Of a stretch of DNA of 64,000 bases, positions 46,430-58,443 are shown one piece after another. Within the stretch, counting starts at the first letter, position 1. Every line of letters starts with the position of its first letter. The DNA lies in assembly GCA_937959535.1 (NCBI GenBank), contig CALGPW010000013.1, positions 34,372-98,371 of the forward strand, given 5' to 3'. Under the pieces are notes generated by a model. The model was given only the letters and a program-made list of their open reading frames with translations, did no database searches and was not told where the DNA came from. The stretch comes from an uncultured Candidatus Saccharibacteria bacterium. Lineage in GTDB: Bacteria > Patescibacteriota > Saccharimonadia > Saccharimonadales > Saccharimonadaceae. The translations under genes were made by a program, and so were the position numbers.

Positions 46430-48547
46430 ATGAAAAATTGGCTAAATAGATGCACAAAGTCACAACGTATTGTGCTTACCATTATAGTTGTATATATAAT
46501 CCTTGCGTCGTTGGTAGTGTCTTTGATATACAATCGTACATTTGGTTTTGGTGATCAATCTTTGTTTTATAGTTTTGCTCGTAATATAGCGCAAGGTGAA
46601 GCTATATATTCAGATTTCATTCATTTTCGTACACCAGGATCTTACTTCATTCAAGCAGCATTTATTAGTTTATTTGGCGATTCTATAGCAATTTTAAATA
46701 TGGCTATGAAAGTTGAGTCTATCATATTGTATGGGCTAGTATTTTTGGTAGCTGTTTGCTTAATATTCTGGAAGAATTCTAGGTTGCTTGTGGCGACAGT
46801 AAGCTTATCGGCGTTTACTCTCTTGTTTTACCCAGCAGTCTTACAGTTGCGTTCGGGATTTGCGCTTTTAGCGGTAGCTTTTTATATTTACTCGTCTCGT
46901 GTTAATGACGACAAAAGAAAAAAGCTTACCTATATATTGACGGGTGTGTCTACTGGCTTAAGTTTTGTATTTGGTCAAGATATGGCTATTTTACCAATAG
47001 TTGTGGTTGGTATGTTTGAACTAACAACTGCAGCTAATAGTAAAATGATCAAGAGATTTATTATTAGAGCATCTTGGTTGTTCGGTGGTTTCTTTTTTGG
47101 CATTTTACCGCTATTGCTGTATGTAGCAGCAACTTCGAATATTGGTAACTTTCTTTATTATACGCTATATTACGCTTTCTTTTTGCAGCCAAAAGGAATG
47201 GATGTACCATATCCAACGCCATCATTTGCTAATGGTGAGTACTATCTACCTATTGTTGTTTATGCTATGTTCTTGTTTTTGGTATATATTACGAAGAACA
47301 AGTATCTAAAATTTACTGGCGCTATAATTTTAGCGTTTGCCTCTGTACGTATGGTATCTGTCTTTGGACGGAGCGATATACTTCATCTACTATTCTCAAT
47401 AGCAGAGATTTTAATAATTATTCCATTTGGAATTTACTTAATTTGGACGCAACGTAGATTAAGTATGCAACAAATTCTATCGTGCTTGCCATGGTTTTTT
47501 ATGTATATAGCGTTTATGGTTCTTGCTATAAAAGTAAAGAGTATCTTCGTTATGTTTATACCACTTATTATTAGCTTTATGTTTGCTTATAGCGAAGAAT
47601 TAGATAGCATTGTGTATAAAATAACAATAACTAATATAAGAGATAATAGGTCGTTAAATAGATTCATTCCTGGTCTAGTAATGGGATTATTTCTTGCGTC
47701 GACAACATTAACTTTCTATATGTTAAAAAACACTGTATTTTTAGAGAGATACAGTGATATATCTAATAGCATTCATAAAAACAACGATAAAGGGGTCGTG
47801 GGCGGAATTTTTACATCACAAGATAATCAGCTTGTTGTTGAAGAAGTGCAGCGATTTATTTTGGAACGGAATCCAAAATCTATATTTAGTTATCCTATAC
47901 AACCATATTTTTATTCTATGACGAAAAAACATGCGGCTAGATTCATGTCATTTGAGCCTCAAACTACAGAAGCAGAACAAAATCGGACAATTGAAGATTT
48001 AAAACGAAACAGACCAGAAGTCGTCGTGTTTGATCCTCTACAGGCTGAAGTGATGTCTAAGAGTCTATGGAAGATAAATAAATACGTAACGGACAACTAT
48101 GAGATAAAGCGAATAGTTAATTGTAAGGTTCAATTATGGTTAATGGTGCCGCGAAAGAATTCTGTACAACGAGAATACCCTGCGCTAACCGTCCATCGCC
48201 AATATGATGTTCTGTCAACGGTTACTATTTTACAAAATCCTCAGTACGGAATCAAAAATGCACTTTTAGTGTATGATAAATTTTCGTATAAATTGCCAGA
48301 AGATAGTAAGAGCTTGAGTTTGCAGATAATAACAAACAGCAGATTAAATAGTCAATTTAAATCATGTTCAAAAATAGAAATAGGATATAAAGATGGCTCT
48401 ACTGATATTAGAAATATTTGCGAAAACGATGGTAGAGTGGATGTCCTGATAAATAATCACAAGAAGCCATTATTTGCAGCTTTTTACGGCAAAGATCAGC
48501 TGCCTGTTGTCTGGAATGATGTATATATCTCAACTAATAAACGGTAA
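46430..48547 (+). CDS. Polytopic membrane protein, probable GT-C glycosyltransferase
   Basis: TM then DQSLF..A..I..G...Y.DF....PG; more than 10 TMs; soluble C-terminal domain; AT-rich. Confidence 0.65.
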   Translation: MKNWLNRCTKSQRIVLTIIVVYIILASLVVSLIYNRTFGFGDQSLFYSFARNIAQGEAIYSDFIHFRTPGSYFIQAAFISLFGDSIAILNMAMKVESIILYGLVFLVAVCLIFWKNSRLLVATVSLSAFTLLFYPAVLQLRSGFALLAVAFYIYSSRVNDDKRKKLTYILTGVSTGLSFVFGQDMAILPIVVVGMFELTTAANSKMIKRFIIRASWLFGGFFFGILPLLLYVAATSNIGNFLYYTLYYAFFLQPKGMDVPYPTPSFANGEYYLPIVVYAMFLFLVYITKNKYLKFTGAIILAFASVRMVSVFGRSDILHLLFSIAEILIIIPFGIYLIWTQRRLSMQQILSCLPWFFMYIAFMVLAIKVKSIFVMFIPLIISFMFAYSEELDSIVYKITITNIRDNRSLNRFIPGLVMGLFLASTTLTFYMLKNTVFLERYSDISNSIHKNNDKGVVGGIFTSQDNQLVVEEVQRFILERNPKSIFSYPIQPYFYSMTKKHAARFMSFEPQTTEAEQNRTIEDLKRNRPEVVVFDPLQAEVMSKSLWKINKYVTDNYEIKRIVNCKVQLWLMVPRKNSVQREYPALTVHRQYDVLSTVTILQNPQYGIKNALLVYDKFSYKLPEDSKSLSLQIITNSRLNSQFKSCSKIEIGYKDGSTDIRNICENDGRVDVLINNHKKPLFAAFYGKDQLPVVWNDVYISTNKR

Positions 48548-48595
48548 GTCTAGCTTGCAATAAGATTAGATATATTAAACTAAAATAGTTATAGA

Positions 48596-49444
48596 CTATA
48601 CCAAGTATTTGCCATAACCAGATTTTTTGAGCGGAGCAGCTATTTCGTTGAGTTGCTGGCGGCTAATCCAGCCGTTCTGAAAGGCTGTTTTTTCCGGGCT
48701 GCCAACGATTTGGCCGGTACGAGTTTGGATGACGCGGACAAAGTCTTCGGCGTCAGTCAGACTGCTGATAGTGCCAGTATCTAGCCAAACATCACCGTTG
48801 TCAAGCGTCTGAACTTTGAGTTTGCCATGGTGTAAGTATTCGGCATTAATTGAGGTTATTTCTAACTCGCCGCGATTGCTTGGTTTAACGCTTTTAGCAA
48901 TTTCAATGACATCGTTGTCATAAAAATATACGCCAACAACTGCGAAATTAGATTTTGGCTGGATGGGCTTTTCTTCAATTGAAACTACTTGATTCTGGTT
49001 ATCGAACTCGACGACACCGTAACGCTCTGGGTCGGAGACTTTGTAGGCGAAAACAATACCGCCATCCGGGTCGGTGCAGGCGCGCAGTGAATCATCCAGT
49101 GCTGCGCCGTAGAAAATATTATCGCCGAGTACAAGTGCTACTTTATCATTGCCAATGAACTCTTCGCCGATAATAAAGGCTTGCGCTAGGCCGTCAGGAC
49201 TTGGCTGTACAGCATATTGCAAGCCAATGTTCCACTGCGAACCGTCGCCAAGCAGCCGCTGAAAACCAGCTTGATCGTCCGGCGTGGTGATGATTAAAAT
49301 TTCGCGAATACCGGCTTGCATGAGCGTGGTTAGCGGATAATAAATCATCGGCTTGTCGTAAATTGGCATTAACTGCTTGCTGATAGCCTTCGTAATCGGC
49401 CACAACCGCGTACCTGATCCACCTGCTAGAATTATTCCTTTCAT
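48596..49444 (-). CDS. rfbA: Glucose-1-phosphate thymidylyltransferase
   Basis: [41 protein letters not shown]. Confidence 0.97.
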   Translation of the reverse strand: MKGIILAGGSGTRLWPITKAISKQLMPIYDKPMIYYPLTTLMQAGIREILIITTPDDQAGFQRLLGDGSQWNIGLQYAVQPSPDGLAQAFIIGEEFIGNDKVALVLGDNIFYGAALDDSLRACTDPDGGIVFAYKVSDPERYGVVEFDNQNQVVSIEEKPIQPKSNFAVVGVYFYDNDVIEIAKSVKPSNRGELEITSINAEYLHHGKLKVQTLDNGDVWLDTGTISSLTDAEDFVRVIQTRTGQIVGSPEKTAFQNGWISRQQLNEIAAPLKKSGYGKYLV

Positions 49445-51279
49445 CTATTTCTCCTTCTCTTATTTTTAATTCTATAAACAACCCAAAATACACTTAACGT
49501 AATGATTGTAGTCAGAGTGGCTAATAAACCAATAGTAGTCCATGTACTTAATCCGTACCAGATATGTACAGTGCCACCTTTGTAATTTGTCGGTAGACTG
49601 ACATTTACCAAACCATTTTCTGAAGCGGTTGTTGATAATGTATAGGATTGTTGTTTGTTTATTTCGACGACCGCTTTATATCCAGGATAGTATATGGCGG
49701 GCATTTCTATCGTTGATGGTAAACTACTATTCTTGCTAACAAAATTAACGCTCATATGGCTGCCAATTTTCTTATAGTCCGATAAAAGTAATGACTTATC
49801 TGATGATTTAGGTTGATCGCCGCGTGTCAAGAGAAAATTTGCAGAAGCTATGGTATAAGAGTAATGCCTAGTTGAATCTGGATTGCGATGGCCAGCTACC
49901 GACAAAGATGTTGGTAGGTATTCGCCACTTGAAATAGCGAAAGGCTCTACGATATTCTTCCAGATATCTTCAGGTACAGTCGAAGAGTCGTCTACGTGAG
50001 ATAATATTTTTGATGGTTGCAATGTTGAGTAATAACTCTGTGAATAAAATCCGATTGCTGGTGATATCACCGAAAAGCAGATGATAATTAAACTAGAAAT
50101 AGCCAAGTAAAAGATTTTTGTGTTATTTTTTTCTGATTTAAATTTAGGTAGTGCGTAATAGATTCCAGCAGCACCAATGACACTAGCTATGAAGGTGATT
50201 AGAGGCAATAATCTCCTTGATGGGAATTGCAGAGTATAAAACGATGATGGCATCTTGTCCCAAGGAATATATGGAGTACATACAAGTAGTAGCAGTGCTA
50301 ATGAAATCCAAAGATAGCAACAGTTTCGAAATATTTTTTTCGGCATAGTACTTTTTGATAGAAATATTGTGGAGGCCGCCCCAATAACTACCCATAGCTG
50401 AATAAATATACCAGATACAGGAAATTCTTGATTTTTGAATAATAAAGCTCCTGGGCTGATACTTGATTCAAAAGCAGTTGAAGCGGTCATGCTCATAGCT
50501 GTTTGTTGAAATTCTTTGTTTGATATATTGTAAATTCCTAGTTTTTGCGCTTCAAGAAACGGCAGTATAAAGAATGCGCTAAGACCAATGGTTATTGCAG
50601 TAGCTTTGATTATATTTACAGCCATTGACTTATCAATCCTCTTGATGTTTGCGATAATAAAAACTATAGTAGCTAATGCTAGTATGGCGGCTGATAGCAT
50701 GTGGGATAATATTACTCCTGCCGCCGAAAAAGATAACAATATAACGCCATACTTCTGCTTGTATATTATGCGATAAAGACCATCGAATACCAGCGGCATA
50801 AGCGTTACAACGAGCATTCGTCCTTGATTGTTTGACCGAAAAGCTGTGAGTATAAGTGGGCTTGAAAGCATAAATAAAATAGCAGCAATCAAAGCTAGTT
50901 TTCGTTTTTTACTTACTGTAAAGGCAAAAATATACATAGTAATTCCGCTAGATACTAGTAGTATGATTGACAAAATATTAATTGCGATTGGCCAGGAGGT
51001 GAATATTTTTATTGGTATCACTAAGTAGGTTACTAGCGGTCCATAAAAAATATTCCAACTATGCCCCCATCCTCCAAATGCTGAAGGGTCCACTTGAGGT
51101 AATAACTGACCATCTTTTATACCGTTAACGGTTGATTGCATTCTAGCTTGGTTGAAGTAATAATCATTACCAACAATTAGCCTGTCTGAAAAAAATGGTA
51201 GCGACGCTACGATTCCGCACGCTAAGATGATTGTAAGTCCAACTAAGTGGTGGCGTATGTATTTCTTAATTTTATTCAT
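49441..51279 (-). CDS. Polytopic membrane protein of YfhO/PTPS-related type, probable GT-C glycosyltransferase
   Basis: GND..F...R, G.G....[31 protein letters not shown]. Confidence 0.75.
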   Translation of the reverse strand: MNKIKKYIRHHLVGLTIILACGIVASLPFFSDRLIVGNDYYFNQARMQSTVNGIKDGQLLPQVDPSAFGGWGHSWNIFYGPLVTYLVIPIKIFTSWPIAINILSIILLVSSGITMYIFAFTVSKKRKLALIAAILFMLSSPLILTAFRSNNQGRMLVVTLMPLVFDGLYRIIYKQKYGVILLSFSAAGVILSHMLSAAILALATIVFIIANIKRIDKSMAVNIIKATAITIGLSAFFILPFLEAQKLGIYNISNKEFQQTAMSMTASTAFESSISPGALLFKNQEFPVSGIFIQLWVVIGAASTIFLSKSTMPKKIFRNCCYLWISLALLLLVCTPYIPWDKMPSSFYTLQFPSRRLLPLITFIASVIGAAGIYYALPKFKSEKNNTKIFYLAISSLIIICFSVISPAIGFYSQSYYSTLQPSKILSHVDDSSTVPEDIWKNIVEPFAISSGEYLPTSLSVAGHRNPDSTRHYSYTIASANFLLTRGDQPKSSDKSLLLSDYKKIGSHMSVNFVSKNSSLPSTIEMPAIYYPGYKAVVEINKQQSYTLSTTASENGLVNVSLPTNYKGGTVHIWYGLSTWTTIGLLATLTTIITLSVFWVVYRIKNKRRRNR

Positions 51280-52127
51280 GATATTGTTAAGTATTTTTCC
51301 AGATCGTTTTGCCAGTCATTACTAATAAATCCAGTAGCATGCAATTTATCGAGGTTCATGTCGCTACCGAGCGGCCGCGGTGCGATGTTGTCTTTGCCGA
51401 CAAAGTATTCAGCGGTCGTCGTGTTCGTAACAGTTAAGTCGTCGCGCCTAGCCAGCTGGAAAATTCGCCTGGTGATGTCCGCCCAGCTTTCCAGCGGTCC
51501 GTCGTTGGTGGCGTTGTATGTGCCGAACGGCGCCTCTGTTGATAGCAGATGGTCAATAATCCTCACTAGTTCGCTGGTAAAAGTTAGACGCCCAACTTGG
51601 TCGTTAACAACGGTTGGCGAGATATTTTTTTCTGCCAGTCCCAGCATGGTGCGGACAAAGTTTTTACCTTCACCAATTACCCAAGTAGTGCGTAGTAGGT
51701 AAAACTTATCAAGCTGTTCGACCAGCAAATCTCCAGCTGCTTTTGACGCGCCATACACGCTCAGCGGGCTCAAATCTTCGCTTTCAAAATGCGGCTCGCG
51801 AGTTCCGTCGAATACGTAATCGCTGGAAATATGCACCAATGTGATATCGTGAGCGCGGCAGATCCGGGTTAGATTCGCCACTGCCGAGGCGTTAACTTTC
51901 CAGGCAGCGACGCGGCCCTCCGGTGTTTCCGCGCCGTCAACATTAGTAAAAGCGGCAGTATTCAGAATCGTTGATATACCTGACCAGTCAAAACTTTCAA
52001 CCGACTGCCGATCGGTGATATCGAGCTCGGTTTTATCGGCGAATTGAGCCTTTGGATATTTCTTTCGCAGCGCTGTTCCTAGTTGCCCGTTCGCGCCGAT
52101 GATGAAAAATCTACTATCGTCTATCAT
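51276..52127 (-). CDS. rfbD: dTDP-4-dehydrorhamnose reductase
   Basis: GANGQLG, AAFTNVD.AE, HISSDYVFDG, YGASK, APRP. Confidence 0.95.
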   Translation of the reverse strand: MIDDSRFFIIGANGQLGTALRKKYPKAQFADKTELDITDRQSVESFDWSGISTILNTAAFTNVDGAETPEGRVAAWKVNASAVANLTRICRAHDITLVHISSDYVFDGTREPHFESEDLSPLSVYGASKAAGDLLVEQLDKFYLLRTTWVIGEGKNFVRTMLGLAEKNISPTVVNDQVGRLTFTSELVRIIDHLLSTEAPFGTYNATNDGPLESWADITRRIFQLARRDDLTVTNTTTAEYFVGKDNIAPRPLGSDMNLDKLHATGFISNDWQNDLEKYLTIS

Positions 52128-52129
52128 CT

Positions 52130-52699
52130 TTAAACTTTCATTGGGGTAACGTTAGATAATAATGGGTGAGCAGCATCCTTTTCAGAAATGATGGCTCGAT
52201 CCTGGCTGATTGGCCAGTCGATGCCAAGCTCTGGGTCAAACAGATTGACAAAGGTGTATTTGGCATCTGGTGACCAGTGGGCGTCAACCAAGTAAGTATA
52301 GGCAATGTTGTCGTCAAGCGCCTGATAGCCATTAGCAACGCCTTTGGGTACGAAAATTGCCGTGCCAGGATTGATTTCGTGCGTGAAAACTCGGCCGAAG
52401 CTGTCGCCTTTGCGCAAATCACACCACGCACCAAATACGCGGCCGTTGGCGGTGGAGATGAACTTATTCCATGGCTCGGCGTGTAAGCCCCGAGTGGCGC
52501 CAGCTTTATCATTAAAGCTAATGTTGTTCTGCACGATGGTAAATGACGGTAGTCCCAGTGCTTCCATTTTTTCTTTTTGGTAGTTTTCTTTGAACCAGCC
52601 GCGATTGTCGCCATGAACTGGTAGTTTGACGACGAATAGCCCGGGGATGGGGGATTCGGTGACGGTTAGTTCATTGTAGTCGTTTGGATCGAAGCTCAT
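52130..52699 (-). CDS. rfbC: dTDP-4-dehydrorhamnose 3,5-epimerase
   Basis: GDNRGWFKE, RGLHAEPW, DLR, P.GVANG, GIDWP; start MSFDP (ATGA overlap). Confidence 0.95.
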   Translation of the reverse strand: MSFDPNDYNELTVTESPIPGLFVVKLPVHGDNRGWFKENYQKEKMEALGLPSFTIVQNNISFNDKAGATRGLHAEPWNKFISTANGRVFGAWCDLRKGDSFGRVFTHEINPGTAIFVPKGVANGYQALDDNIAYTYLVDAHWSPDAKYTFVNLFDPELGIDWPISQDRAIISEKDAAHPLLSNVTPMKV

Positions 52700-53244
52700 A
52701 GATTGTCCTTTCGCCATAGTTGATAATAGTGTAGTCCTGCCAGGGTTTGACAATCATTAATTTCGCCGTTTCGAATCAAATCGTCTATTTCATCAAGCGT
52801 GAAAAATCGCATATCGCTAAAGAGCTCATCGCTTTGTTCACGTTGGCCAGTGAAGCTTAGTTCTCGGGCTAGGCAAACGGCCATTTTCTCTGTCAATAGG
52901 CCATTGCAGACATACGCTTCACCTAGTTTTTGCCAGGACTGAGCGATGATACCGGTTTCTTCTTCGAGTTCACGCTTTGAGGCTTCTAATAGATCTTCAT
53001 TGTCACCCCCGCCGCCAGGCAATTCCCAGCCAAAACTCTGCGATGGATAACGAAATCCTCTGACAAAATAGATTCGCTCTTTGTCGTCAACTGCCACAAC
53101 CATGCACGAGTCGCGCGATTCCATGTAACTATATACTCCCAGATTGCCCGCGAGGTCGCGTGTTTGGTCTTCGCGGACGGTAATCCAAGGATTTTGGTAG
53201 ACGATTTTACTGCTGACTTTCGTTTTTGACGGCACATCTGTCAT
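52696..53244 (-). CDS. NUDIX hydrolase (ADP-ribose pyrophosphatase-like)
   Basis: WELPGG.....E....ASKRELEEETG Nudix box. Confidence 0.9.
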   Translation of the reverse strand: MTDVPSKTKVSSKIVYQNPWITVREDQTRDLAGNLGVYSYMESRDSCMVVAVDDKERIYFVRGFRYPSQSFGWELPGGGGDNEDLLEASKRELEEETGIIAQSWQKLGEAYVCNGLLTEKMAVCLARELSFTGQREQSDELFSDMRFFTLDEIDDLIRNGEINDCQTLAGLHYYQLWRKDNL

Positions 53245-53246
53245 GA

Positions 53247-54272
<1,026 letters not shown>

Positions 54273-54305
54273 TCAGGTATAATAAGTAATCGACAGAGGA
54301 GGATT

Positions 54306-54737
54306 ATGAAAATAGTAATTGTTAGCGGCTATTTCAATCCGCTGCACGGCGGACACCTGGATATGATTGAGGCGGCAGCGGCTATGGGCGATAAACTTAT
54401 AGTAATTGTTAATAATGATAAGCAACAGCTGCTCAAAAAAGGCAAGATTATCCTGGATGAAAGTAATCGGTTGCGGTTAATGCGGGCGCTAAAGGGTGTC
54501 GATCAGGTTATTCTGTCAATCGACGAAGATCCAACACAAATTAAGTCGTTGGAAATGGTTGCCGGCCAATATCCGGGTGATGAACTGATCTTTGCTAACG
54601 GCGGCGATCGTGATACTGAAAAAGCTATTCCCGAAGCAGATGTTTGTAAAAAGCACAACATACAGATGCGGTTTGATGCCGGTAAGGGTAAGCCAGATTC
54701 ATCGACGCGAATCAACCAAGCGACAGGCAAAGAATAG
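54306..54737 (+). CDS. Cytidylyltransferase-like (HxGH) nucleotidyltransferase
   Basis: SGYFNPLHGGH, VNND, FANGGDR, SSTRI. Confidence 0.88.
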   Translation: MKIVIVSGYFNPLHGGHLDMIEAAAAMGDKLIVIVNNDKQQLLKKGKIILDESNRLRLMRALKGVDQVILSIDEDPTQIKSLEMVAGQYPGDELIFANGGDRDTEKAIPEADVCKKHNIQMRFDAGKGKPDSSTRINQATGKE

Positions 54738-54800
54738 ACAAACGCGAGCTAGAATAAACAAGTTGTTATTGGCTTGTCGTTAAATAAAGCGCCACAGCCA

Positions 54801-55817
54801 CTATTCAGAAAAACCGTTTGGATTCTGCGATTGCCAGCGCCAGCTATCAGCGCAAGCCTGTTCAATACTTAATTCGGCTCGCCAGCCTAGTTCGCGCTCA
54901 GCTTTGCTGCAGTCAGCGTAGCAAGCGGCGATATCACCAGCTCGCCGCGGTTTGATTTCGTAGGGCAAATCTCGCCCGCAAGCTTTGCTAAACGCTTTGA
55001 TGATTTCTAACACTGATGTGCCGCTTCCGGTGCCGAGGTTATAAATACTAGCTCCAGCTTTCATGTGCTGTAGAGCGGCGACGTGGCCGCGCGCTAAGTC
55101 TACGACGTGAATATAATCGCGCACACCTGTGCCGTCTGGCGTGTCGTAATCGTCTCCGAAAACACCGACGCTTTGCAGTTTGCCGACGGCAACTTGAGCG
55201 ACATAAGGCAATAAATTGTTTGGAATACCGTTTGGGTCTTCGCCGATTTGGCCTGATTGATGGGCGCCAATCGGGTTGAAATAACGCAAGATTGTTGCTT
55301 CGAACGTTGGATCGGCCGCGCAGTAATCCTGTATGATTTGCTCGATCATGTATTTAGTCTTGCCATAAGGATTGGTTAAACCTACGCCGACTGTCGAAGT
55401 TTCGCGCAGCGGCAGCTCGCTAGGGTTACCGTAAACAGTTGCTGAACTTGAAAAGACTAATTGCTTAACGTTATGTTCTCGCATCACTTCAAGCAGCACC
55501 ATAGTCGAGACGAGGTTATTATCGTAATATTCTAGCGGTTTGGCGACTGATTCACCGACAGCCTTTAGTCCCGCAAAATGAATCACTGAAGCTATACTAT
55601 ATGTTGTAAAAATATCATCAAGTGCTGATTGGTCGCGGACATCTGCTTCAATAAAAGGGATTTCGTGCCCGGTGATTTGCTCGACGCGCCGCAAACTCTC
55701 GCGGCTAGAATTGGCTAAGTTATCGATTACCACCACTTCAAAATTATTATTGATAAGCTCGATCAGCGTGTGGCTGCCAATATAACCCGCACCGCCAGTG
55801 ACTAAAATTGTTTTCAT
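54801..55817 (-). CDS. galE: UDP-glucose 4-epimerase
   Basis: GGAGYIGSHT, HFAGLKAVGES, FSSSATVYG, LRYFNPIGAH, RDYIHV. Confidence 0.97.
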   Translation of the reverse strand: MKTILVTGGAGYIGSHTLIELINNNFEVVVIDNLANSSRESLRRVEQITGHEIPFIEADVRDQSALDDIFTTYSIASVIHFAGLKAVGESVAKPLEYYDNNLVSTMVLLEVMREHNVKQLVFSSSATVYGNPSELPLRETSTVGVGLTNPYGKTKYMIEQIIQDYCAADPTFEATILRYFNPIGAHQSGQIGEDPNGIPNNLLPYVAQVAVGKLQSVGVFGDDYDTPDGTGVRDYIHVVDLARGHVAALQHMKAGASIYNLGTGSGTSVLEIIKAFSKACGRDLPYEIKPRRAGDIAACYADCSKAERELGWRAELSIEQACADSWRWQSQNPNGFSE

Positions 55818-55850
55818 AACCCTAGTATACCCGAAAAAATAAATAATTGC

Positions 55851-56969
55851 TTAAGGCGTATTATCTCGTACAACTTTCCTAATCTTAGTCAAGAAAAGGC
55901 CTTTGTCGAAGCGTTTAGCAGTGCGGGCGAGTTTGCTCGGATAAAAGTGGGTTTGTTCGGTGATTTTGATAGCTTTTACAATGTCGTCGACGGTTTGATG
56001 TTGAAATAGCGTGCCGATATCAGGCGACGTGACTATATCAGTGGTGCCGCCGCGCGCCAGGCCGATAATCGGCGCACCGGCTGCCAATGCTTCAACGCTA
56101 ACAATGCCAAAATCTTCCTCGGCAGGATAGATGAAACCGCGCGCGGTGGTGATAGCTTTCTCGTATTCAGCGTCGCTAGCATCGCCGAAGCGATCGGTGC
56201 GGAATTCAATAGTTGGGCCGGCAAGCTTGACTAGCTGGTCGTGAGCCGGCCCGTTACCAAAAACAATTAGTTTTTTGTTGAGTTTGGTGGTAGCTTTGAC
56301 GGCTAGGTCATAGCGCTTATAAGGTAACTGGCGGCCGATGGTCACGTAGTGGTCGCCTCGTTTGCGAGCAGGTGTAAAACGGCTAGTTTCGACTGGCGGA
56401 TGAATTACGGTACTGCTGCGGCCGTAATATTTTTTGATGCGTTTTTGCGTCTCGGTAGAGTTGGCGATGAAGACATCAACTTGTTTAGCAGCCTCGAGGT
56501 CAAGCTGGCGCTGATGCGGTACTAGCAGCGGCATCAGCAGGCGAATAAACGGATTAAGCTTACCGTATCCAGGATCGCGGCGATATTCGTCGTAGTGGCT
56601 CCAGTAGTAGCGCGGCGGCGTATGGCAATAATTGATAATAACTTGGTTGGGTCGTGCTTTAGTAATTTGGTGGCCGTGCAAGTACGAACTAGTCAAAATA
56701 ATATCAAATTCGCTAAGATCGAGTTGGCGCATTGCTTTAACTGCTAGCGTCGGAAAAAGTTTGTAATAATTACGCAGCCGCAGCGGTATTTTTTGCAGTT
56801 TCGAGGTGCGAATATCAAGTTTAGCAAAAGCCGGAACCTTGTCAGGGTTATATATGGCTGTATAAATTGGCGCATCAGGAAAAGCTTCATGCATGGCTAG
56901 CACGACATTTTCGGCACCGCCCATCGTTGTCAAGAAGTCGCAAACAATCGCAATACGCGGACGTTTCAT
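55851..56969 (-). CDS. Glycosyltransferase family 4
   Basis: GGAE.V, YCHTPPRY, YKR.D, EEDFGI..VEA.A.G; start MKRPR (TAATG overlap). Confidence 0.92.
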   Translation of the reverse strand: MKRPRIAIVCDFLTTMGGAENVVLAMHEAFPDAPIYTAIYNPDKVPAFAKLDIRTSKLQKIPLRLRNYYKLFPTLAVKAMRQLDLSEFDIILTSSYLHGHQITKARPNQVIINYCHTPPRYYWSHYDEYRRDPGYGKLNPFIRLLMPLLVPHQRQLDLEAAKQVDVFIANSTETQKRIKKYYGRSSTVIHPPVETSRFTPARKRGDHYVTIGRQLPYKRYDLAVKATTKLNKKLIVFGNGPAHDQLVKLAGPTIEFRTDRFGDASDAEYEKAITTARGFIYPAEEDFGIVSVEALAAGAPIIGLARGGTTDIVTSPDIGTLFQHQTVDDIVKAIKITEQTHFYPSKLARTAKRFDKGLFLTKIRKVVRDNTP

Positions 56970-58405
56970 TATCTTGCTCCGGTTTTGTGTAATACGACAC
57001 CGATTGTTTTGAAAAGTATCCGCAAGTCTAGCCAAAAACTCCAGTTTTGCGCGTAATAAAGCTCAAGCTCAATCCGTTCGTCGAAGCTCAAGTTGCTGCG
57101 GCCTGAGACTTGCCACAATCCAGTCACCCCAGATTTTACGCTATGCAATAACGCTGTACGATTTTTGCTGAATTTAACTTCTTGCGGCAGAATCGGCCGC
57201 GGCCCGACTAAACTCAAGTCGCCGAGCAGCACGTTGATAAATTGCGGGAATTCATCAAGCGAAGTATTACGCAAGAACTTACCAAACCAAGTAATTCGCG
57301 GATCATCGGCGACTTTGTGATCGCGCCGGTATTCGGCGGCCAAATCAGGCCGATTCATTTCCTCAAACTCGATACTGGCGTCCTTTTTGCCGTATTGAGC
57401 ACCCATGGTGCGGAACTTATAAAGACGAATCGGTTTCGAAAAACGGCTCAAGCGCTTAGAGCGGTAAAAAATTGGCCCGGGATTGCAAATTTTTTGCAGT
57501 AGCGCAATTATTATTATAATTGATCCCCAGAGCGGCAAAGTAATAATAACAGCTATCAAATCGAACAACCGCTTAGCAATTGCTCCCCAGCCGATGAGTG
57601 GTGTTTGGCTGACGGTAATCATCGGATAGCCGAGAAAGACATCGACGGTGTTTTTGCCAGTATAAAATTCCGGTTCGCCAGGGATGAAATTATATTGAAT
57701 GTGAGCAATTTGCGCGGCGCTTAAAATTTGGTGATTGCGATCCTCGCTGGCATAAAGGTCGGTTTGAATAATAGTGCTAATGTTAAGCTTTTTGATATCT
57801 TTGAGTGCTGTCTCGACGCGGCCGTAATGAACGATACCGAGATGCGGCGGCAACAATTTTGCCGGCCCGGCGAAGGCTACAATTTGATAACCAGATTTGT
57901 GGGTGGAGCCGAGGGACATCGCAATATCGGTTGTCGCATCAGAATTACCGATTACCAACACTCGACTGACGCCGTGTCCGTAACGGTATAACTCGTTGCG
58001 AATAGTGCGAATTATTTCGCGTACCAAAATAATGGCAATCGTTGAGCCAATTAAAACGTAAAGGGCGACTAGCCTGGCCGGAAAAATATGCATACTAGTG
58101 AAGTATTCCCAGCCAATCACCAGCAGTATACCAATGAAAGTGCCGAGTGTTATACGGCTCCATTCGACGAGGCGGCGGTTATAAACGCTCGGACTGTACA
58201 ATCCGAGCGAAGCGAAAATCAGTATCCATACCGGGGTAATCACAGCAAAGCCGATGATATATTCGTAGGCGTAAACAATGTGTAAGAGTACGCGCTGGTC
58301 GACTTGAGTGCGAATATAATAGGCTGCGGCAAAAACAATTGCCAGCACAATCGCGTCGGCCGCCATCAGGATTAGGCTGTAAGACTTGGTATTATGAGAT
58401 GGCAT
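56969..58405 (-). CDS. Priming polyprenyl-phosphate sugar-phosphate transferase (WcaJ/WbaP-like)
   Basis: KRLFD, YKFRTM, DPRIT..G.FLR.TSLDE.PQ..NV..G..SLVGPRP, GVTGLWQVSGR. Confidence 0.95.
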   Translation of the reverse strand: MPSHNTKSYSLILMAADAIVLAIVFAAAYYIRTQVDQRVLLHIVYAYEYIIGFAVITPVWILIFASLGLYSPSVYNRRLVEWSRITLGTFIGILLVIGWEYFTSMHIFPARLVALYVLIGSTIAIILVREIIRTIRNELYRYGHGVSRVLVIGNSDATTDIAMSLGSTHKSGYQIVAFAGPAKLLPPHLGIVHYGRVETALKDIKKLNISTIIQTDLYASEDRNHQILSAAQIAHIQYNFIPGEPEFYTGKNTVDVFLGYPMITVSQTPLIGWGAIAKRLFDLIAVIITLPLWGSIIIIIALLQKICNPGPIFYRSKRLSRFSKPIRLYKFRTMGAQYGKKDASIEFEEMNRPDLAAEYRRDHKVADDPRITWFGKFLRNTSLDEFPQFINVLLGDLSLVGPRPILPQEVKFSKNRTALLHSVKSGVTGLWQVSGRSNLSFDERIELELYYAQNWSFWLDLRILFKTIGVVLHKTGAR

Positions 58406-58443
58406 TTGTCTTCATTATAACAACTTTCGTTATAATAGATAGC

